Origin: Tubulanus polymorphus
Lineage: Eukaryota; Animalia; Nemertea
Direction of reading: 5' to 3'
Length of the DNA: 64,000 bases
NCBI RefSeq assembly: GCF_964204645.1
Contig: NC_134029.1
Location: 13,294,850 to 13,358,849, forward strand
This document shows, one piece after another, positions 48,246 to 61,171 of the stretch. The notes beneath the pieces were generated by a model. The model ran no database searches. It was given only the letters and a program-made list of their open reading frames with translations, and had not been told where the DNA came from. Position 1 is the stretch's first letter; each line of letters starts with the position of its first letter. The position numbers and the translations under genes were made by a program.

Positions 48246-51200
48246 GTGCCTGATATTGACACAGCATATGAAAATATTTCCCGCAGGAGAATCAGTCAAT
48301 TGCGTATTCCGCCGACCAGTTTTGGACAGTTCACTGTCGTGGAGAAACATTCTGCTGAAGTTGGTGATCTTTTAAAGTATCCGTCCATTCTGCCAGAAAA
48401 TGTATGCACCACTCTTATCAAGATATTGGACTCCAAGCCCAATCATATTGTTAAATTTTCGCATTGTTCATATGATCGTGGAGCTCTTTCTTTCTGTCGT
48501 ATTATTCAAAGTTGGCGTCAGATACAAATTGAGGTTGAGAGGGAGGATACCTGGTTTAAAACCCTCAAGAAAAAGATATGGTATACCAAAGAAATGGATG
48601 GACACCTGAGCAAGTATCATAGCATTGTAAACAATTCCCCATACAATTCCTCTCTTGGTGAGCCATCATCCTACCTGTCACCCATGAACCTGTGCAGGTT
48701 TTCTTGCTCCAGTTGGTACAGCGAATTACAGTTTAATGCTATTGGCTATATACTGAACGAGAAGACCGAAAAACTGTATACATTTCCGATTGGGGATAAA
48801 GCTGTTTTAAAGGACAGTTACAGTTATTATGTTATGTTTTGTATTGTTAATTTTGACAATGTAACTTCTGTTATTACTGATGATCATACTGGCAAACACT
48901 GGACATTTGTATTATATGACAAAGTAAATAATTGTATATATTATGGCGACAGCTTACTGTGGCCAATTCCAATCAACATAGTTCAATATGTCAGTGGTAA
49001 AGTTGGTTTGACCATGGAAGGTACTACAGTAGTCCCCTTGCATCAGACACATCATGGACGGAATGTAAGGACACATGCATGTACTGACGGTTGCTATGGA
49101 TATCCTATCCAACTGGATTCTAGCTCATGTGGCCCTATTGCCCTTGCATTCGCAGTGTATCTGGTAAAAAATGAATCTAGTATTGAACAATTTCTGAGGA
49201 AAGATGACTCGCGTGATTTGGGAGATGCTCTTGAATCCTCGTATTTCAAGGACCCAGACTTAATGAGATGTAGCCAAATATGCTGTCTTATGTCTAAGGA
49301 ATTACCAAATTACGAACATACTAGACCACCTGCACAACGTCGGTTCGAAAGGTTATCACTGAAGAAAAAACAGGAGCAATCTGATTTGTCCAACATTAAA
49401 CGTAGATGTTTGGAAAAACCAGTTGATGTATGTGATGAGTCAAATTTGGTAACTAACGAACCAACATTCTTGAAAATTCCTCAGCAGCCTCTTAATGATG
49501 ATCGCAAAGTTTGTGAAAAAAAACCCGCATCGCAGACGAGCCGAAACAAATATTAAGTGAACATGACTACAGCAAGACTACAGTGTCAACTAAAGCGAAA
49601 ACCCAAAATGCATGTAGCAATTTGACAAAAGAAGAAAATGAAATGAATATCCTAGATATCTTACCAAATGGCTATAAATACAGCATTCTAGACAGATTAT
49701 GGTTTCAGCCAGAAGCGTATGTTGGTGCACCGAAAATTTCGTTCTCTGCAACAATTTTGACAGATATTGCTTCTGCTGATGAATTCACTACTTTTTGTAA
49801 ACTATTTGAAGACATGACAAAAACCAGCTATCGCATCACCAGAACATATAAGCCAAACCAAAAATGTCCAATTCAGAACCACACGTCATTGCCAGCATCG
49901 AACCAGAAATTACAACACCAAGCAGCCCCCAAAATTACTCAGAGAAAAGAATCTACTGACCAAAAATCGATCAAAGGCAGCAGATTGCCCGTCAACTATA
50001 GATGCACGTATTTTTGTAGACTCTTTTCATGATCCAAGTTTGAGATGTCGATTAAAAGTCAACTTTAACCATTCCCATCCGGTTTCTTCAGCCCACGTGC
50101 TAAGTTTCCGAGATGTGTCGCCAGATATCAAGGCAAAATACAAGGAGCTTTTTTTAAGTGGACATTCGGTCTCTTCAGCCAAACAATTACATGAATCTGA
50201 GTTGCAGCTTGGCACTCCATCGGAAGACATCCAAGAAAAACTAGCTGATCGGAGTGTCAATCCCAGCATATCTGATCTACACAGATTCCGGCGGAAATGG
50301 TTAGAGGACGAAATAGGGCCGCTGGAAGGTAAATCAATGTTTCTGGCACTGGAGAAGACACTCGCGGATTATGTCACTGAAACTGGTGGAATTGCCAAGA
50401 TGGAATTTAACCATTCGGAATCCTCAACTCCAAGAACAGAACATGAATACAGCAAAGTACCAAGCAAGTTTGATAACCCATTTGTGATGGTAGTGGTTAC
50501 ACCAATAATGCTGCGCTGTCATTCACTCGTACCCAATGCTGCTGAAATTGTGTTCTGCGATGCGACAGGATCTCTGGATGTTCTTGGTTGCACCACCTTC
50601 ATAATCTCGACGGCGTCAACCGCCGGTGCTATACCACTTGGCATCGTGATTACATCTGGCGAGGGAGAAACCATTCTTCAAAAAGGATTTCAGATGTTGA
50701 AAGATGCCTTGCCGGATGATGCATTTTATGGTCGAGGAAAAACGGGGCCAAAAATATTTATGACTGATGATAGTGATGCAGAGAAGAATGCCCTGAAATC
50801 AACATGGCCATTGTCAGTACAGTTACTGTGTATTTTTCATGTAATGCAGGCATTATGGAGGTGGCTTTGTGATGCTAAACATTGTGTGAATGAAATGTTA
50901 GAAAGACAGGTTTTAATGCAGTTGGTGAAAAATGTGTTGTATGCCAAGTCACTCGTGGAGATGGATGCGGCAAATGAAAAACTTTTGGAAAATAACTTTG
51001 CACAAAAGCATACAAATTTCTTAAAATACTACAGGAATCTGTATGATAGACGAATCCAATGGGCGCTAGCTTATCGACAAGACCTGATGACACGTGGTAA
51101 TGACACAAACAATTATGCTGAAGCTAGTATACGCATTTTTAAAGAAGTCCTATTGCGAAGAACAAAGGCCTACAATACCATTCAACTTTTTGATGTGATT

Positions 51201-52208
51201 ACAAAATCGTTAGAATTATATTTACAGCGACGCCTGTTATCCATTGCCCACAACAGAATGGACTATCACATTTCACTAAAATATTTAGGTGTGGGAGGAG
51301 ACTCCTTTACTACAGATGACATCAGCAAAATTTCCGAGTCACAGTACAATGTTCAATCATCTAAAAAGAAGTCCAAGTATCTGGTGGATCTGATGGCAGG
51401 AACATGCTCTTGTCCTTATGGTATTACTGGTCGACTGTGCAAGCACCAATCTGCTGTCATTCGTTTAACAAACTGCACATACTTAAATGCTGTGCCAGTT
51501 AATGCTGCAGGAAGGCAAATGTATGCAAAATTGGCTTTGGGTGATCAGAACTCCAAATCATTAGCATTTTTTGTCAGTCTGAATGAAAAAGTCAATGAAA
51601 GCACAGACCAAGAAGATAACGTAGTGCTGCAAAAAATGAAGGTCGATACAGGATCATACAATGATGAATATCCAGATTCTGATAGGGCTGTGCAATCATC
51701 AACGTCGTCTGATAATTCCGGAAGGGATCAGGATAATGCAGATTCCCTAAATGTAGATTTTGTTCGAAGGAAGCTAGAGGATGTAACATCTGACCTTAAA
51801 ATGAGATTGAATTCAGACCATATTGACAAAAACTTTCTAAGTGGTGTAATGAAATTCTGCAGCATATATTCATCGATTGCCTCCAAAAATCCAGTGTTTT
51901 CCAACAATAAATTAGCTTCACTACTTCATAATTTTGGCAGAATTCCTATGAATCGCGTCAGCCAAAAAAGACCAAAACTCTCATCATGTGTTCGTTTTTC
52001 CGGAAAAAGAATTGGTGTTAATGCAACTGGTGTGATGCGGAGACGAAAAGGTCTGAGCAGAGGAAAATGTGCAGTGTCAGCTGGAAGGCCCAGGGGTTCC
52101 AGATTGAAGCCATCAGATCGTAGTGTTTTTCGAGCAAAAAAATCTGGTGCTAAGGTGCCACATAAACTAACAGAAAATGTAAAAGAAGGTCGACTTAATC
52201 CAAAATAA
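48246..52208 (+). pseudogene. Ulp1/C48-like protease + WRKY/FAR1-type zinc finger + MULE DDE transposase + SWIM, with about two frameshifts
   Basis: KHWTFV, YGDSL, QLDSSSCG triad; RHCQH..CP..HSH across a shift at ~49860; FCDATG, FMTDDS, LCIFHVMQA, TNNYAE; CSC..CKHQ. Probable splice acceptor at 48245. Confidence 0.88.
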
Positions 52209-54047
52209 GACTTGTGGTGCATTGCTTCTCATCATGAGTCAAAGTGGAATCAAGGGGATGACTGTATGTACCATTGTTTATCAGATATACCCCATTGAGT
52301 TATTAATGGAAAGTTTTCTTCTAGATAAGAATCAATTTGTCGGACCGGTGCTTTGTATTGTATTACCTATTCAAACTGTGCAAAATATTGACTCGCTTTT
52401 TTAAATCCTGTTACTTTGTATCTGTCTCATTCAGGATTAAGAGTACAAAGTCAAAAGTATTATTTACGGTAAACTCCACCTAGTCACTCGGATCAATTTG
52501 TACCTTGGAACTTCATTGTAATAATTCATAATTACAATTTAATTTACAACATTACATGTTTTACAAAACGAATATGTATTTTGCCCTCAAAACTGCTGAA
52601 ATCAACAAAAAATCATAACATATAGTATACATTATCTAGAACATATTAAGTATTATGATCTCGCGTCTGTTAGAATTATTTTATGAAATAATTTAAATTG
52701 AAATTGCTGCTGATGATGAATATGTATTGTATCTGTTAATGTTAGATTATGCAATCAGGCCTTATCAGTATTTGATTGCTGTGCAATTATTTGATTTTCT
52801 GCAAAAACTACCTTCATATAACTTGTATTTCTCTGAACTGTAAGATAGTTTAGTTTTCTTTGCTTAAAATGGTACATGTATAAAAGATGTTCACTTGTGT
52901 CTAACTTTTTCATCACTGCTGAGAAAAACGATCAATGAATCAACTACGAGATGCAATGATCGGTTTTAATGTTTGTACAGTAGAACCTGCTCAAGTCGGA
53001 ACTGTATAATTTTGTAAGACTTATGCTAATTTGGTAAAATTGTATAACTGTAGTCCAGAAGAATTTCAAACAGAAATAACTCTCCAATTTTGAATTGTGC
53101 TGACCTTAAATCACATTCTGTAAAAAGAAATGCACATGTATGATGTTAGTAAATATTCATGATCATCTGTCTCTAGTGGTTTCCATGACGTTGTAATAAT
53201 TGTTACCAGAAATGCGTTTAATTTTGTTAATTAATAGGTGTATATTTTATCTATAGTTATAGTGATGATTAAAAGTTTTCTTGAGAATAGTCCATTGACA
53301 ATCAGTTTGTATATAGCTACTGCAGCAATATTAATTCAGTTTTTTCTGTCTTAATAGGTTTATATTTTATATAGTGATATTAAAAAGGTTTCTTGGAATT
53401 TAACCTTGGATTTGAAAATCTGTTTTCAAGGCCTGGAATAGCCTTGAATTGGCAAAATTAAGCTTGGACAAAATTGTTTTTGGGACCTTGAATTTTCTAA
53501 AAGTTTGAACGTTCTCAGAATTTGTGCATGTTTTTATTGATATCTAAATTCTACACAATTTTTTTCAGAGGGCTGTAGACTTTGAATCTAAATTCTATGA
53601 TAATCAGGGGTGTCAGGGTGTTTCAGACCAGGCGATTGTAGATTTTGATTATCGGCGATCTTTCACTTATTCATCCCTCTGGGTTTCGAGCTCTTCTATG
53701 TTGAAATAATTGAAATCAGCCTTGAAAATCCTTTTTTTTATAGCCTTGAATTTGGGGTATCCTTGATACTATAAAACCTGGAATAGGCCATTGACAATCA
53801 GTTTGTATATAGTTACTGCAGCAATATTAATTAAACTTTTTCTGTCTCTTGTGGTATATAACAATCATGGGCGTATGAGACATCTCTCTTATGCTCTAAC
53901 GAAGTTGAAATGTGTATTATTGTTATTGATATATATATGTTAATATTTTATTATTAAGTAAGTGTCAAAAAGAAAACGTTGACAATCTGTTTAGGTTAGT
54001 TTGTATATAGCAGGGATGCAGGATGTTGGTATCAAATCCATGTTTAA

Positions 54048-54218
54048 GTAGAATCCGGTTACCTCGGATCCGTTTAACTGGGATTCGCTTAGCTCGGACT
54101 GAAATTCCGGTCACTTTGTTTCATTTCCCTTAGAATTTTCAATGCTTACCTCGGAATATCGCTTTGCTCGGACTAAAAGTCTTGGTCCCAACAGATCTGA
54201 GGTAACCGGAGTCTACTG
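54048..54218. mobile_element. Tc1/mariner-pogo-like MITE
   Basis: IR AGTAGA.TCCGGTTACCTC / GAGGTAACCGGAGTCTACTG; internal CTCGGA repeats. Confidence 0.6.
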
Positions 54219-54482
54219 GCAACATTATTAATCATTATTTGCATTGACTGTTTATATGTTGATATTTTAAAGAGAAAATCCTGGTGTTCTGTTGACCTGG
54301 AGTTGTTGTCCTACTCTATTTAGATAAAAATGTTACAGCGAAGCAGAGTTACGGTATATCAGAAGTTGATTGAATTAATTCCTAAAAACTTATAAAGATA
54401 GTCTTAATTTGAAATTTTCAAGGCAGCCTGTAGGTAGCCAGGTACTAATCAATAAATGGCTTAACATAGAGTGTAATAGGCC

Positions 54483-54644
54483 TATGGCATTTTCAAATAG
54501 TACGTACTATCATTGTTGCCATTTTTTTAACCCGCCCCTCCCCCCATGTACAGCTTTTTAAGCATTTATATGTACATAGGGAAAACTGGTAAATTGTTGA
54601 CCCCCTCCCCCATAGATTCGTACGTACTATTTGAATGGTCCCTA
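54483..54644. mobile_element. Harbinger-like MITE
   Basis: IR TTCAAATAGTACGTAC / GTACGTACTATTTGAA with internal CCCCTCCCC tracts. Confidence 0.6.
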
Positions 54645-56284
54645 TGTTTATTTTATTGGTCAATATTATTTTTTGTGCTATTTAAGGTTTAAGGTATAGG
54701 AGACCTCCACCTCTGCAGCAGTGAGTTGCAGCACACAAAAATGAAATGTTATTTTTGGGAAAACAGTTGAAAATCAATCAGAACTTTCTTCATTTTAAGG
54801 GAAATAGCCAACCGGTCTGCTTATAAGTACTGATGGCAATTTGAAAGAAATATTAGACTTCCATGACACAAACTTAATTAAAAATGTTGAAAAAATTTTA
54901 TCCTCACCAACATTTGCAAAATGGGTATTTTTTAGGGATAACAGGGGCAGGGTTATGCTATATATTAATGAATGTAATGTAACCATCTAAAAGGCTATTT
55001 TTGTATTAATTTAATTTTGTAATATTTTTGTATGCGTTTCTGATGCCATTTGATATTGAATAAACCTTCAATTTGCAGTTCTTTCTTAAGTTTATTTTAT
55101 CAAATTATTATCTGAGATATTTTTTGGATGATGTGATCTGTGTGGATTTTACTCTCATAAAATTTATATCATTACTGTTTGTGTGTGACTACAGGGCCAT
55201 CAAAATGCAGCAGATGATATTTCGGCATTAAAAAGTCACGTGATGCATGTGAACATGTTGTAAACGCTACAACAAAATGGCGGACCTGGTGTGAAAAAAA
55301 AATTCGCATTCTAGCAGCCCTCCACGACTCAACGACCTTGATTTAAACTTGATCAATTCAAAATCTGTTTATTGACGCTTTTGCTTATATGAACTGATCA
55401 GCAATATACTTAAATGAAATAACCGGAATAACAAGAAATCAAAAATATTAAAGTGGTTACAAACAAATGCCCGTAAACCTGTCAGACACGCGAACGCCGG
55501 ACTCGTAAACTCTTGGACTTGGACCCGCTGAGCACTAAATTCATAAAATTGTCTTTGAAATTGATTGTGGAGAAGAGAGGGAATAATTCGATAGCTCTTC
55601 CTCACAAAGAAGAGAGAAATTTCGGAAAGAAAACACAACGTGGCTACTAATTGGACGGGGCCAAATTTCCGATGTTTACGGCTCGACAGTGCCTTTATAA
55701 CGTGGATTTATCAAAATTCCCATGCAGTATCTGGAGATTGAAGTGAGCTGAAGGATATCATACGGATTGTATTGGCGACAGCGGTAAGGTAAGGAAGCCT
55801 TTACACTTTTAACAAAAACTATGTGGAAAAGGGAAAAAATAATAATAATCACGCGAATTTCAATAGGGTTTTCTGTGAAGCAACAGAAAACCCTAAATAT
55901 ATGTGTTTATGAAATAGTAATTCCACCAGTCGTTTCTTTGAATTTATTTTCAGTTTGAGGATTTATTATCGAGGATCCGAAATGACTTATCTGGACAGTT
56001 ATAGTTACCGCTCCTATAGATAGACAATAGTAGTGAGATATTAAATCCTAATTCAAATAAAAAATATTAAAAAAAACAATAACTTCAACTAGCTAGTGAA
56101 TTCTATTATATTTTTTCAAAAATCTATTATTTCTTTTCAAAAAAGGAATACTTTATATCACAAATAAAAAATACTAAAAAACAATTACTAATACTAGAAT
56201 TCTTGAACTTAACTAAGCTAGTATTAACTAGTATCATTTGAAGAATGCTTATTTTATTTTTCTTGCTATTTTTATCCTATATAA

Positions 56285-56887
56285 ATGTCAAAGAAATCGA
56301 GTAAGAATAATGCCGATATTGAAATAACATTAGAGGATTTGGGCATAAGTGATAATAAGGATCCAGTTGTTTCTAATTCTATTCAAGTTAATAACAATAT
56401 TGATTATGAATACTACTTATATTGTAAGCATCATCTTGAACTATTAATTGCTAGCGGGAAGTGTAAACAATTTTTAACTAAGACCATTACTTTTCAAGAA
56501 TTAGATGCTATGAAACCAGATAAAGTAATAAAATATTTTAAGATTTATGAAGAAGCTAGATTAGTTAGAATAAATGATTCTATTTCAGATGGTATTGTCA
56601 AATGTTATTCTAAGTTATCTAACCGGTTAATACCAATTGATGATGAAAATAAATTATATAGTGATTTGAAAAATGACTACTTAGTTATGACTGAATTACA
56701 AAAATGGGTTGGTTATGCTTCATTTCAATTAGGATCGGTTATGACATTAATTTCTACTGGCGTCATAACATTTTCGAATATCAAACCTATGGAATATAAA
56801 TCAGGTAAGAACGAAACAGATGTACTTCAACCAAACGGCGAAACAGAAAATGAATCAGAACAAAAATTCAATAAAATAAATGAATGA
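56285..56887 (+). CDS. Polinton hypothetical protein (200 aa)
   Basis: Intact ORF; its 5' end and upstream region are homologous to 28190-28620 in copy A. Confidence 0.8.
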   Translation: MSKKSSKNNADIEITLEDLGISDNKDPVVSNSIQVNNNIDYEYYLYCKHHLELLIASGKCKQFLTKTITFQELDAMKPDKVIKYFKIYEEARLVRINDSISDGIVKCYSKLSNRLIPIDDENKLYSDLKNDYLVMTELQKWVGYASFQLGSVMTLISTGVITFSNIKPMEYKSGKNETDVLQPNGETENESEQKFNKINE

Positions 56888-57251
56888 TGGCGTTAAGAAG
56901 AAACCTAGATCAGAGAAACAAATTAAATGGGCAAGAGAATTAGGTAAAAGATCTGCAGACTTAAAAAAAGCTAAGAAAAAGAAATTAACTGATATAAATG
57001 AATCACAGAAATTATCTGATATTGATTCTAATAATAATCCATCTGATTCTTCAAATAGTGGAAGAAATAATTACTTATATATTACAATTGGGCTAATCAC
57101 AATTATTATATTCTCTGGTGTAATATATAAATATAAGTATAAATCTGATTATAACAATAATGATTCCAATGATAATAAACGTATTATACCAGAAAATAAG
57201 TCAAATCATAAAGCCATTGAAACTAAATCTAAATTATTATTAATGGATTAA
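56880..57251 (+). CDS. Polinton small basic/transmembrane protein
   Basis: KKPRSEKQIKWARELG, one hydrophobic helix; homolog at 21937. Confidence 0.8.
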   Translation: MNDGVKKKPRSEKQIKWARELGKRSADLKKAKKKKLTDINESQKLSDIDSNNNPSDSSNSGRNNYLYITIGLITIIIFSGVIYKYKYKSDYNNNDSNDNKRIIPENKSNHKAIETKSKLLLMD

Positions 57252-57257
57252 AATAAG

Positions 57258-58364
57258 ATGAAAAAAGAACAATATTTAAGAGATTTTTACTATTACCCAG
57301 AAAGTGAAGTATCATATTCTAACGTTTCAGAATTATGGAATAAAATTAAATCTGATAAGGAAAATGGTGCCGTATGGCAACCACATGGTAATATAAAATA
57401 TAGTGAATTAAAATCATGGTTACAAAATCAACCAACATATCAAATACATAAGAAAATGGATAAAACTTATTTAACAAGAAAAGTTATGGTTTCATATATC
57501 GACCAACAATGGCAAGCAGATTTAATTGACATGAAGAACTTAGAGGAATACAACAAAGGATATTTCTGGATACTGAATGTTATAGACATATTCAGTAGAT
57601 ACGCATGGTCAATTCCAATCAAAAATAAAACTGGTATAGAAGTAACAAATGCTTTTAAATAAATATTTAAAGAAGCTATTCCAGATAAGATACAATTTGA
57701 TAAAGGTAAGGAATTTTATAACAAACATTTTAAAAAAACTATTATCTGATAACGATGTAGATTATTTTTCAACACACTCAGATAAAAAAAGCATCTATTA
57801 TAGAAAGATTTAATAGAACATTGAAAACTAGAATGTGGAAATATTTTACTACTAATGAAACATAAATATATCGATATATTAGATGATTTAGTGAAAGGTT
57901 ATAATAATTCTAAACATAGTTCTATAAATATGACCCTATACAAGCTAGAAAAGAAGATAATTCAGAAATAGTTTGGAATAATTTATGTGGAGCGTTTGCA
58001 ACACATGATTTCGGCGAACCTAAATTTAAAATTGGACAACACGTTAGAATATCTAAATATAGAAAAACATTTTATAAAGGTTATACCCCTAATTTTACAG
58101 AAGAAATATTCAAGATTAAAAAGATGATATTAACTAAACCATTTGTTTATAAACTAGAAGATCTAAAAGATGAAGAAATATTAGGTTATTTCTATGAACA
58201 AGAATTATCACTTGTACCTAATCCAGATGAAATAGAATACAAAATAGAAAAAGTATTAAAAACAAAACTCTTAAAGGAAAACAGTATTCTTTGGTGAAAT
58301 ATAAAGGATATGATGATAAATTTAATGAATGGATTTTATCTAGTAAAATTAAAAGAATAAATGA
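57258..58364 (+). pseudogene. Polinton rve integrase with C-terminal chromodomain, disrupted
   Basis: QWQADL, QFDKGKEF, IERFNRTLK, YNNSKHSSI, FKIGQHVRISK, YKIEKVLK..VKYKGYDDKFNEW; stop at 57660 plus frameshifts. Confidence 0.92.
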
Positions 58365-58974
58365 ATAAAGATTTATTTATATTTGAACCACATAATATGT
58401 TAATAACTGGGGCAACAAACTGTGGGAAAACACATTTCATATTAGATTTGTGAGAAACTATTTATAAGAATCATTTTGATAATATAATATTATTCTGTCC
58501 TACTTATGGAATGAATAAAACATATAATAGAGATATAGTTAAGATAAAAAAAGTTTATTATATTAGATCCTAAAACAGTAAAAGGAAATTTAGATAATTG
58601 TATTAAAATAGCAATTGATACTTACAAAGGATCAAATACATTATTCATTATAGATGATTGCGCAAATTTACATGATTCAAAAGTTAGAGAAAGTGAGTTA
58701 TGTTATTTAGCTTTCTCTGGGAGACATTTTGGGATAACAACATGGGTTTTAAATCAAAAATATAATTCAATTGTTAAAGACTTATAGGGAGAATATAAGA
58801 TTTCTAGTTTTATTCTACAATAAAGATAGAAAATCTATGCAACAATCATTGGAAGAAAATCAAATTATACCTACTGAATTACATGATGAATATATGAATA
58901 AATTAAAGAATAATAAAGGTTCAAAATTATTACTGAGGCTTCAATTTCCCTATGAATATGAATTTATAAAATAA
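58361..58974 (+). pseudogene. A32/FtsK-HerA-like packaging ATPase, disrupted
   Basis: Walker A ITGATNCGKT, Walker B FIIDDC, SGRHFGI..LNQ, RENIR. Confidence 0.9.
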
Positions 58975-58982
58975 CTATTTAT

Positions 58983-59080
58983 ATACCTATGTATTAGATG
59001 CCCTATTAGATACCCTAATACCTGATACCCTATTAGATACCCTAATACCTACTATGTATTAGATACCTATTAGATACCAT
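58983..59080. repeat. TATTAGATACCC-type tandem repeat between convergent Polinton genes
   Basis: Multiple TATTAGATACC / CCTAATACCT units. Confidence 0.75.
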
Positions 59081-59149
59081 TAAATACTTAAAACCCCCAT
59101 TTTATTTACTATTATTTTATACAATTTTCAACCAATATTATTATTTGAA

Positions 59150-59953
59150 TTAAATATAATTAATATCTTCACTTTCACTATCAGACCCTAACAATTTATT
59201 CAAACTCTCTACCGAATCTTCTTCAAATTCTTTATTATTGTTATACTTATTCATCCTTTTTACCGCATCATCAATAGTTACTACTTTGTCTTTCGTAAAA
59301 AATGTATCCACATTATCTTTAATATCAATATTTGTAACTATATTCTCATTATCATCTTTCTTAGTGTTTGCTCCTAATATTTCATTTACAATGTTTGATC
59401 CTAATATTTTATTAGCATCGGTTAAATCTAATTCATCTTTATTAGGTGTTGCTAATAATAAATCTTCATATAATTCTTTACCATTTACTTTTTTATTTGA
59501 AACAAACTTTGAAACATATCTAAATGGGTGTTCTATAAATTCTCTTAAACCAACACGTTCTATAACATTAGTAATATGTACCTTTGTATTCATATGTTTA
59601 TTCCAATTTGATGGAGCGTTTGAAAATTCACTTTTACAATAATCACAATAATTTCTATTTTCACTAATATTTAATATTATTTCATTATTAGATGTAGAAG
59701 GTATAACATTATTTGATGTAGAAGGTATTACATTATTTGATGTAGAAGGTAAAACATTATTATCAATTACATTACTTAAATTATCAACAACACCACTTTT
59801 ATTATTATCGATTTCTATTAGTTTAGTTTTATAAATTTTGAAAATAGGATCAAATATCAAAGCTATATTACAAGGTATTACATAATATAAACCATCATTA
59901 TTTTCATGTGTATCGATGTATGGAATATGTTTATATACTTTACCTTCTTCCAT
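59150..59953 (-). CDS. Polinton hypothetical protein with zinc finger and 8-aa tandem repeat
   Basis: CDYC..HMNTKVH; three NNV(I/L)PSTS units from a 24-bp repeat. Confidence 0.75.
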   Translation of the reverse strand: MEEGKVYKHIPYIDTHENNDGLYYVIPCNIALIFDPIFKIYKTKLIEIDNNKSGVVDNLSNVIDNNVLPSTSNNVIPSTSNNVIPSTSNNEIILNISENRNYCDYCKSEFSNAPSNWNKHMNTKVHITNVIERVGLREFIEHPFRYVSKFVSNKKVNGKELYEDLLLATPNKDELDLTDANKILGSNIVNEILGANTKKDDNENIVTNIDIKDNVDTFFTKDKVVTIDDAVKRMNKYNNNKEFEEDSVESLNKLLGSDSESEDINYI

Positions 59954-59985
59954 TTATTATATAAATTTTTATTAAAATTAAAATT

Positions 59986-61170
59986 CTAATACATAACACT
60001 ATTTAATTGAGAATTTACAATATTTAATTGCGCGTCAGAAATAATATAAATGTGCATTTTAAAATTTTTGATTCCTTTATTCTTTGTCGTGAATAATTGT
60101 ATTCCATCTTTAGTGTTTTGCAATTTTTTTCCAGAACCATGTAATGAATTATCCTCTGTTGTTCTGAAATCTAACCATAATGCATATTTATTACCGGTAT
60201 AATAATCAATTTGATTAATATTAAAATTTTCAAATGATTTTACTTTTTCATTCATAAAATGTTTTCTAATTTCTGGCCATTGATCTATCATTCTCATTCC
60301 TTGACAAAATATTTTATTTGCTATTCCTTCGATAGTTATTTCTACTTTTTTTATTTCAGGATTATGATAATTATCAACATTTATTGCGCCATTAGTATAT
60401 GTTGCAATGGTAAAAAATATTAATATACCTTTAACAGATCTTCTTGGAAAGTTAATATTCTCATTAATTATTTCATCATTTGCATTGATAGTTACGGTTT
60501 TAAATGTATCGATATAATCATATAATAATGAAAATCCTTGATTGTATTGAGTTTGAATTGTGTTAGCAATATTTTCATCAGTTACTGTATCATATTCTAA
60601 ACATATATTCGATAATTTATAACCCATATCTTTATTAACGCTAGATATTACAATTTCATTTACAGGAGCAAATGTTATCTCAAATATAACATCTTCTTGA
60701 ATTGCGTATTTATATAAAGGTGCATTATTATTTATCAATTCAAAGTCTAATGGAATTTTATATTTCCTTCCATATATACTTTTTATCAATTTATCTATAG
60801 CATTAGTTAATATTGCATTATGTGCTTCTGATCTTAATTTATTTTGGTTTTCTGATTGGATGCCTTGAAATATCATATTATTTCTATTTTCTTTAGTTAA
60901 CCATAAATCTTTATAATGCATAAATAAATTATAATCATCTTATGAGAAAACTGTTTCTGGACCGATCTTTATTGTTAATTTTTTAATCAAATATCTTCCA
61001 ACATTATCAACAACATAATTATTATTACCGGTTACTTTTATATCGGCTGATAAATAAATACTATTTGGAACATAAAAAGTATTTTGTGTTAATCGAGGAA
61101 TTCTAACATATAAAGTTTCATCGGGATTAATATTAGAAGGGTTATGAGTAGTTATATGATGTGATCTTTG
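59986..61170 (-). pseudogene. Major capsid protein (Polinton double jelly-roll type), frameshift at ~60935, N-terminus apparently deleted
   Basis: THNPS.I...L.VRIP.L, KYKIPLDF, LSNICLEYD, NPEIKKVEITIEG, KYALWLDFRT..D..LHGSG, DAQLNI. Confidence 0.8.
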
Positions 61171-61171
61171 C

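Larger units (their letters stand above)
46609..55307 (+). mobile_element. Full-length Mutator (MULE) transposon, 8.7 kb
   Basis: ~25-bp TIR GCGAATTTTTTTTTCACACCA.GTC; 9-bp TSD ATTCTAGCA at 46600-46608 and 55308-55316. Confidence 0.93.
44115..55893 (-). mobile_element. 11.8-kb composite insertion with Crypton-V-like (or Helentron/HINE-like) termini
   Basis: Left end TATAGCTGCGAAGCAGCGATGACGGG; right end (AAT)n..AGGGTTTTCTG-TGAAGCAA-CAGAAAACCCT; TAAATATA direct repeat at 44107-44114 and 55894-55901; the empty site matches copy A. Confidence 0.72.

Noticed and set aside
21510-57700. Polinton A and B as the two arms of one giant inverted repeat
   Set aside because: The copies differ strongly in the HNH cassette, spacers and polB presence; two independent related insertions explain this better.
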